Below, piece after piece: positions 61,400-64,000 of a DNA stretch of 64,000 nt (the first letter of the stretch is position 1; every line of letters starts with the position of its first letter). Below the pieces are notes generated by a model. It was not told where the DNA came from and ran no database searches. It saw only the letters and a program-made list of their open reading frames with translations. The translations under genes were made by a program, and so were the position numbers. The stretch is taken from assembly GCF_009914755.1 (NCBI RefSeq), contig NC_060927.1; one strand, 5' to 3'. This stretch comes from the human T2T-CHM13v2.0 reference genome, Homo sapiens.

Positions 61400-62651
61400 A
61401 GAATCCTTGAGCACTGCTGAGATGAGGAAGGAACAGGCGAGAGGAGCTATGGAGACTGGCCACCATCTGTGTGGTACCTCACTGCCAGTTGTGTCTGCAG
61501 CCTTGCTGAGGGGCAGGTCACTCCACTGCCACTGACCTGGAAGGATCAGCCGGGGATTCTTCAAATGTAAATGTCATCAAAATATAATACTAAACTCATA
61601 ATTAATACAAGAATACCCTTCAAATTATATATCCTAGGGAGGGAGAAATTTAAATGACATTTGGTTATATGTGGTTAAAATTCTAATTCAGTCAAAAATA
61701 CTAGGTTTAGAGATAATTTTTTTCCTCCCCATGGAAACTATCTTATCTTTTCTTTCCTTGTGAATACAAGATTTTTCTGGAATTTCTACTAATTACAAAA
61801 ATAAACCATGGTAAATTATGGGACCTTCAAGATTATTTAGTCCAACTCTCATTCTTACTGATAAGAAAACTGAGTCTCAGAAAAGTGAAGGAATGTCCCT
61901 GAGTTAATAGATGGCAAGCAGTGGTTAGAGTCTAGGATTTTAGACTTCCAGTCCAGTATGCATTTCAAATCATGAATACTTGCTTTATATATGTAACAAA
62001 ACCTTATACAAGCACTTACGGGCCAACACTAAGTGCTGCACAAGTATTAACATATTTAATTCTCATGATGACCCTAGGAGGTACGTGCTACTCTTATTTG
62101 CCATTTATAGTGAAAAGAGACAACTGAGTACAGAGAGGTTAAGTAACTGGCCCAAAGTCAGTACCTCCTTTAGACTTGGACAACAGGAACCCTGGGCCCT
62201 AGGCTTTAGAGGGCCCCATTCTGGTCTCCTCTTGCCTATTGTTCCCTGTGGGATAAGGAATTAGTGGGGCCAAGATGCTTGCTTAACAGGAGGCTCTGTT
62301 CTACCTTCTAGACCACAGCCATGTACCCTAGAATTCCCTGCCCAAACAGCCCTGAGAACACTTCCAGGTCCTGTGCAGGATTTTCCTCCAGGGCTGGCCT
62401 CCGGAGTGTGGACCTCCCCTCACATGTGTGTACCCTAGGGCCAGAGGGATGGCCAAGGAGCAGCTATTTTGATTGTGAGGTTTGGGGGCAGCTTGAGTGT
62501 GTAGGATGGGGAGTCCTCACATGGTGAGGGAGGGAGCTGGGGGCAGAGTAGAAAGAGAGGGAAAATAGGAGGGCTGGCTCTTCCCTCACTGCCACCTAAC
62601 ACAAAACTCTGAAGAGCATTAGAATTCTAAGTTTAAAAAATGGCACTCCAG

Positions 62652-62792
62652 AGCCAAGTGCAATGGTGTGCACCTGTAGTCCCAGCTACTTGGGAAGCCT
62701 GAGACAAGAGGAACCATTGAGTCCAGCAATTCCAGTACAGCCTGGGCAACACAGTGACTCTGTCTCAAAAAAAAAAAAAAAAAAAAAAAAAG
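62652..62792 (+). mobile_element. Alu monomer (FLAM-like) with poly-A
   Basis: cacctgtagtcccagctacttggg...cagcctgggcaacacag; degenerate TSD ending in actccag on both sides. Confidence 0.85.
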
Positions 62793-62952
62793 GAGGTACT
62801 CCAGGTCATTATGAAGATATATTTGCCAAGGTTGAAGATAGAATAATTCTATGTGACAGTTTGCTAGAATAATCTATAACTTTTAAATGTTTGGATGTAT
62901 ACATGATAAGTCTTTATACTCTTATTCTGAGCCCCATAAATGTTAGCAGTGA

Positions 62953-63165
62953 GCAGTGGTATGCTGGTAGATGCTTAACAACCAGCTCTGGGGTTGGAGA
63001 TAGTATGGAGGAAGCCCTGATTTGCAGTAGGTTTCCATGATGTGAACATACCTACTATGGCTGATTTCAATCCACCAAGAGAATATCACTGAGCAGAGAG
63101 TTGGGAGAAGATATGCACAATCAGCTCTCAGGAACCAGACAAGCCAGCTCTAGCAAATAATTCAG
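62953..63165. mobile_element. MER63-like hAT element
   Basis: cagtggtatgctggtagatgcttaacaaccagctc...gagttgggagaagatatgcacaatcagctctc. Confidence 0.6.
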
Positions 63166-63750
63166 GGCCAGCCAATGCCACACAGCTAGCAAGTGGCAGA
63201 GGCAGAATTTGAACAAAGGCAGTTTGGTTTCAGAATCTGGACTTCTAATCGTTATGTTGCTTCCTAGCCTTCTCTTTCCTAGACCCACATTATTAGACCC
63301 TGTAAAGTATTGAGGATTGTTGTACTAATCTATACTTTGAGTCCTGGACTCTGGAGGGCCATGTCCTAGCATCAGCTGATGCTAATATAACCACAGACAT
63401 AGAGAAGACTTTCTGCCAGAAGCAAGGTGGCCATATCTTCCCTCATTTTCAAAATATCTTGTCTATGCTGTGTTGTTCTTGACTTTTGAGTTTATTCCAG
63501 CTTCTGGGAACTCCTGCTTCCTAGCTCCTGCCTGCTTGCCTCGCCTTACCTCCCATCTCAACTTGATCACTTTTACTCATTTGTCCCTGTGGCCTGCCTG
63601 ACCATGACCCACTGAGCATCTAACTGCTGAGACTGGACTGTAGTTCCAAGCTGGGGACATTAGGTGTTGGGTTTTTTTTTTAAAGGGTCAGTTATCTTTC
63701 TATTTAATAGGTACTCACTTGGGCAAGGGAACATATAAAATATTTTGACC

Positions 63751-64000
<250 letters not shown>

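Overview
This is mammalian, almost certainly human, genomic DNA: it carries Alu elements and an L1 with human-specific pre-Ta diagnostic bases. I recognise it as the NUDT16 locus (3q22.1 from recall, not derivable from the sequence). There is one intact protein-coding gene, NUDT16, with 3 coding exons (19597-19734, 19838-20107, 20954-21133; 195 aa Nudix hydrolase) in a CpG-island promoter. An upstream unprocessed paralogous pseudogene (NUDT16P1/NUDT16L2P-like) starts off-window. The two lie in an old direct duplication (1..~12908 vs 19878..~28461) with patchy identity and copy-specific insertions and deletions. The rest is repeat-dense intergenic DNA. It includes a nested TE stack: hAT remnant > near-full-length L1PB with an 18-bp TSD > three inserts (a 3-kb L1HS pre-Ta with an open RT-containing ORF2, an L1PA2-like 3' fragment and an MLT2A solo LTR). 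I found no CRISPR array, RNA gene or convincing new biological system. The most interesting signals are the selectively inactivated Nudix box in the paralog, the apparent gene-conversion mosaic, the young L1HS insertion and a triple-TSD Alu+L1 double hit. Repeat subfamily calls come from remembered consensus sequences. Repeat boundaries are approximate unless TSDs are given.
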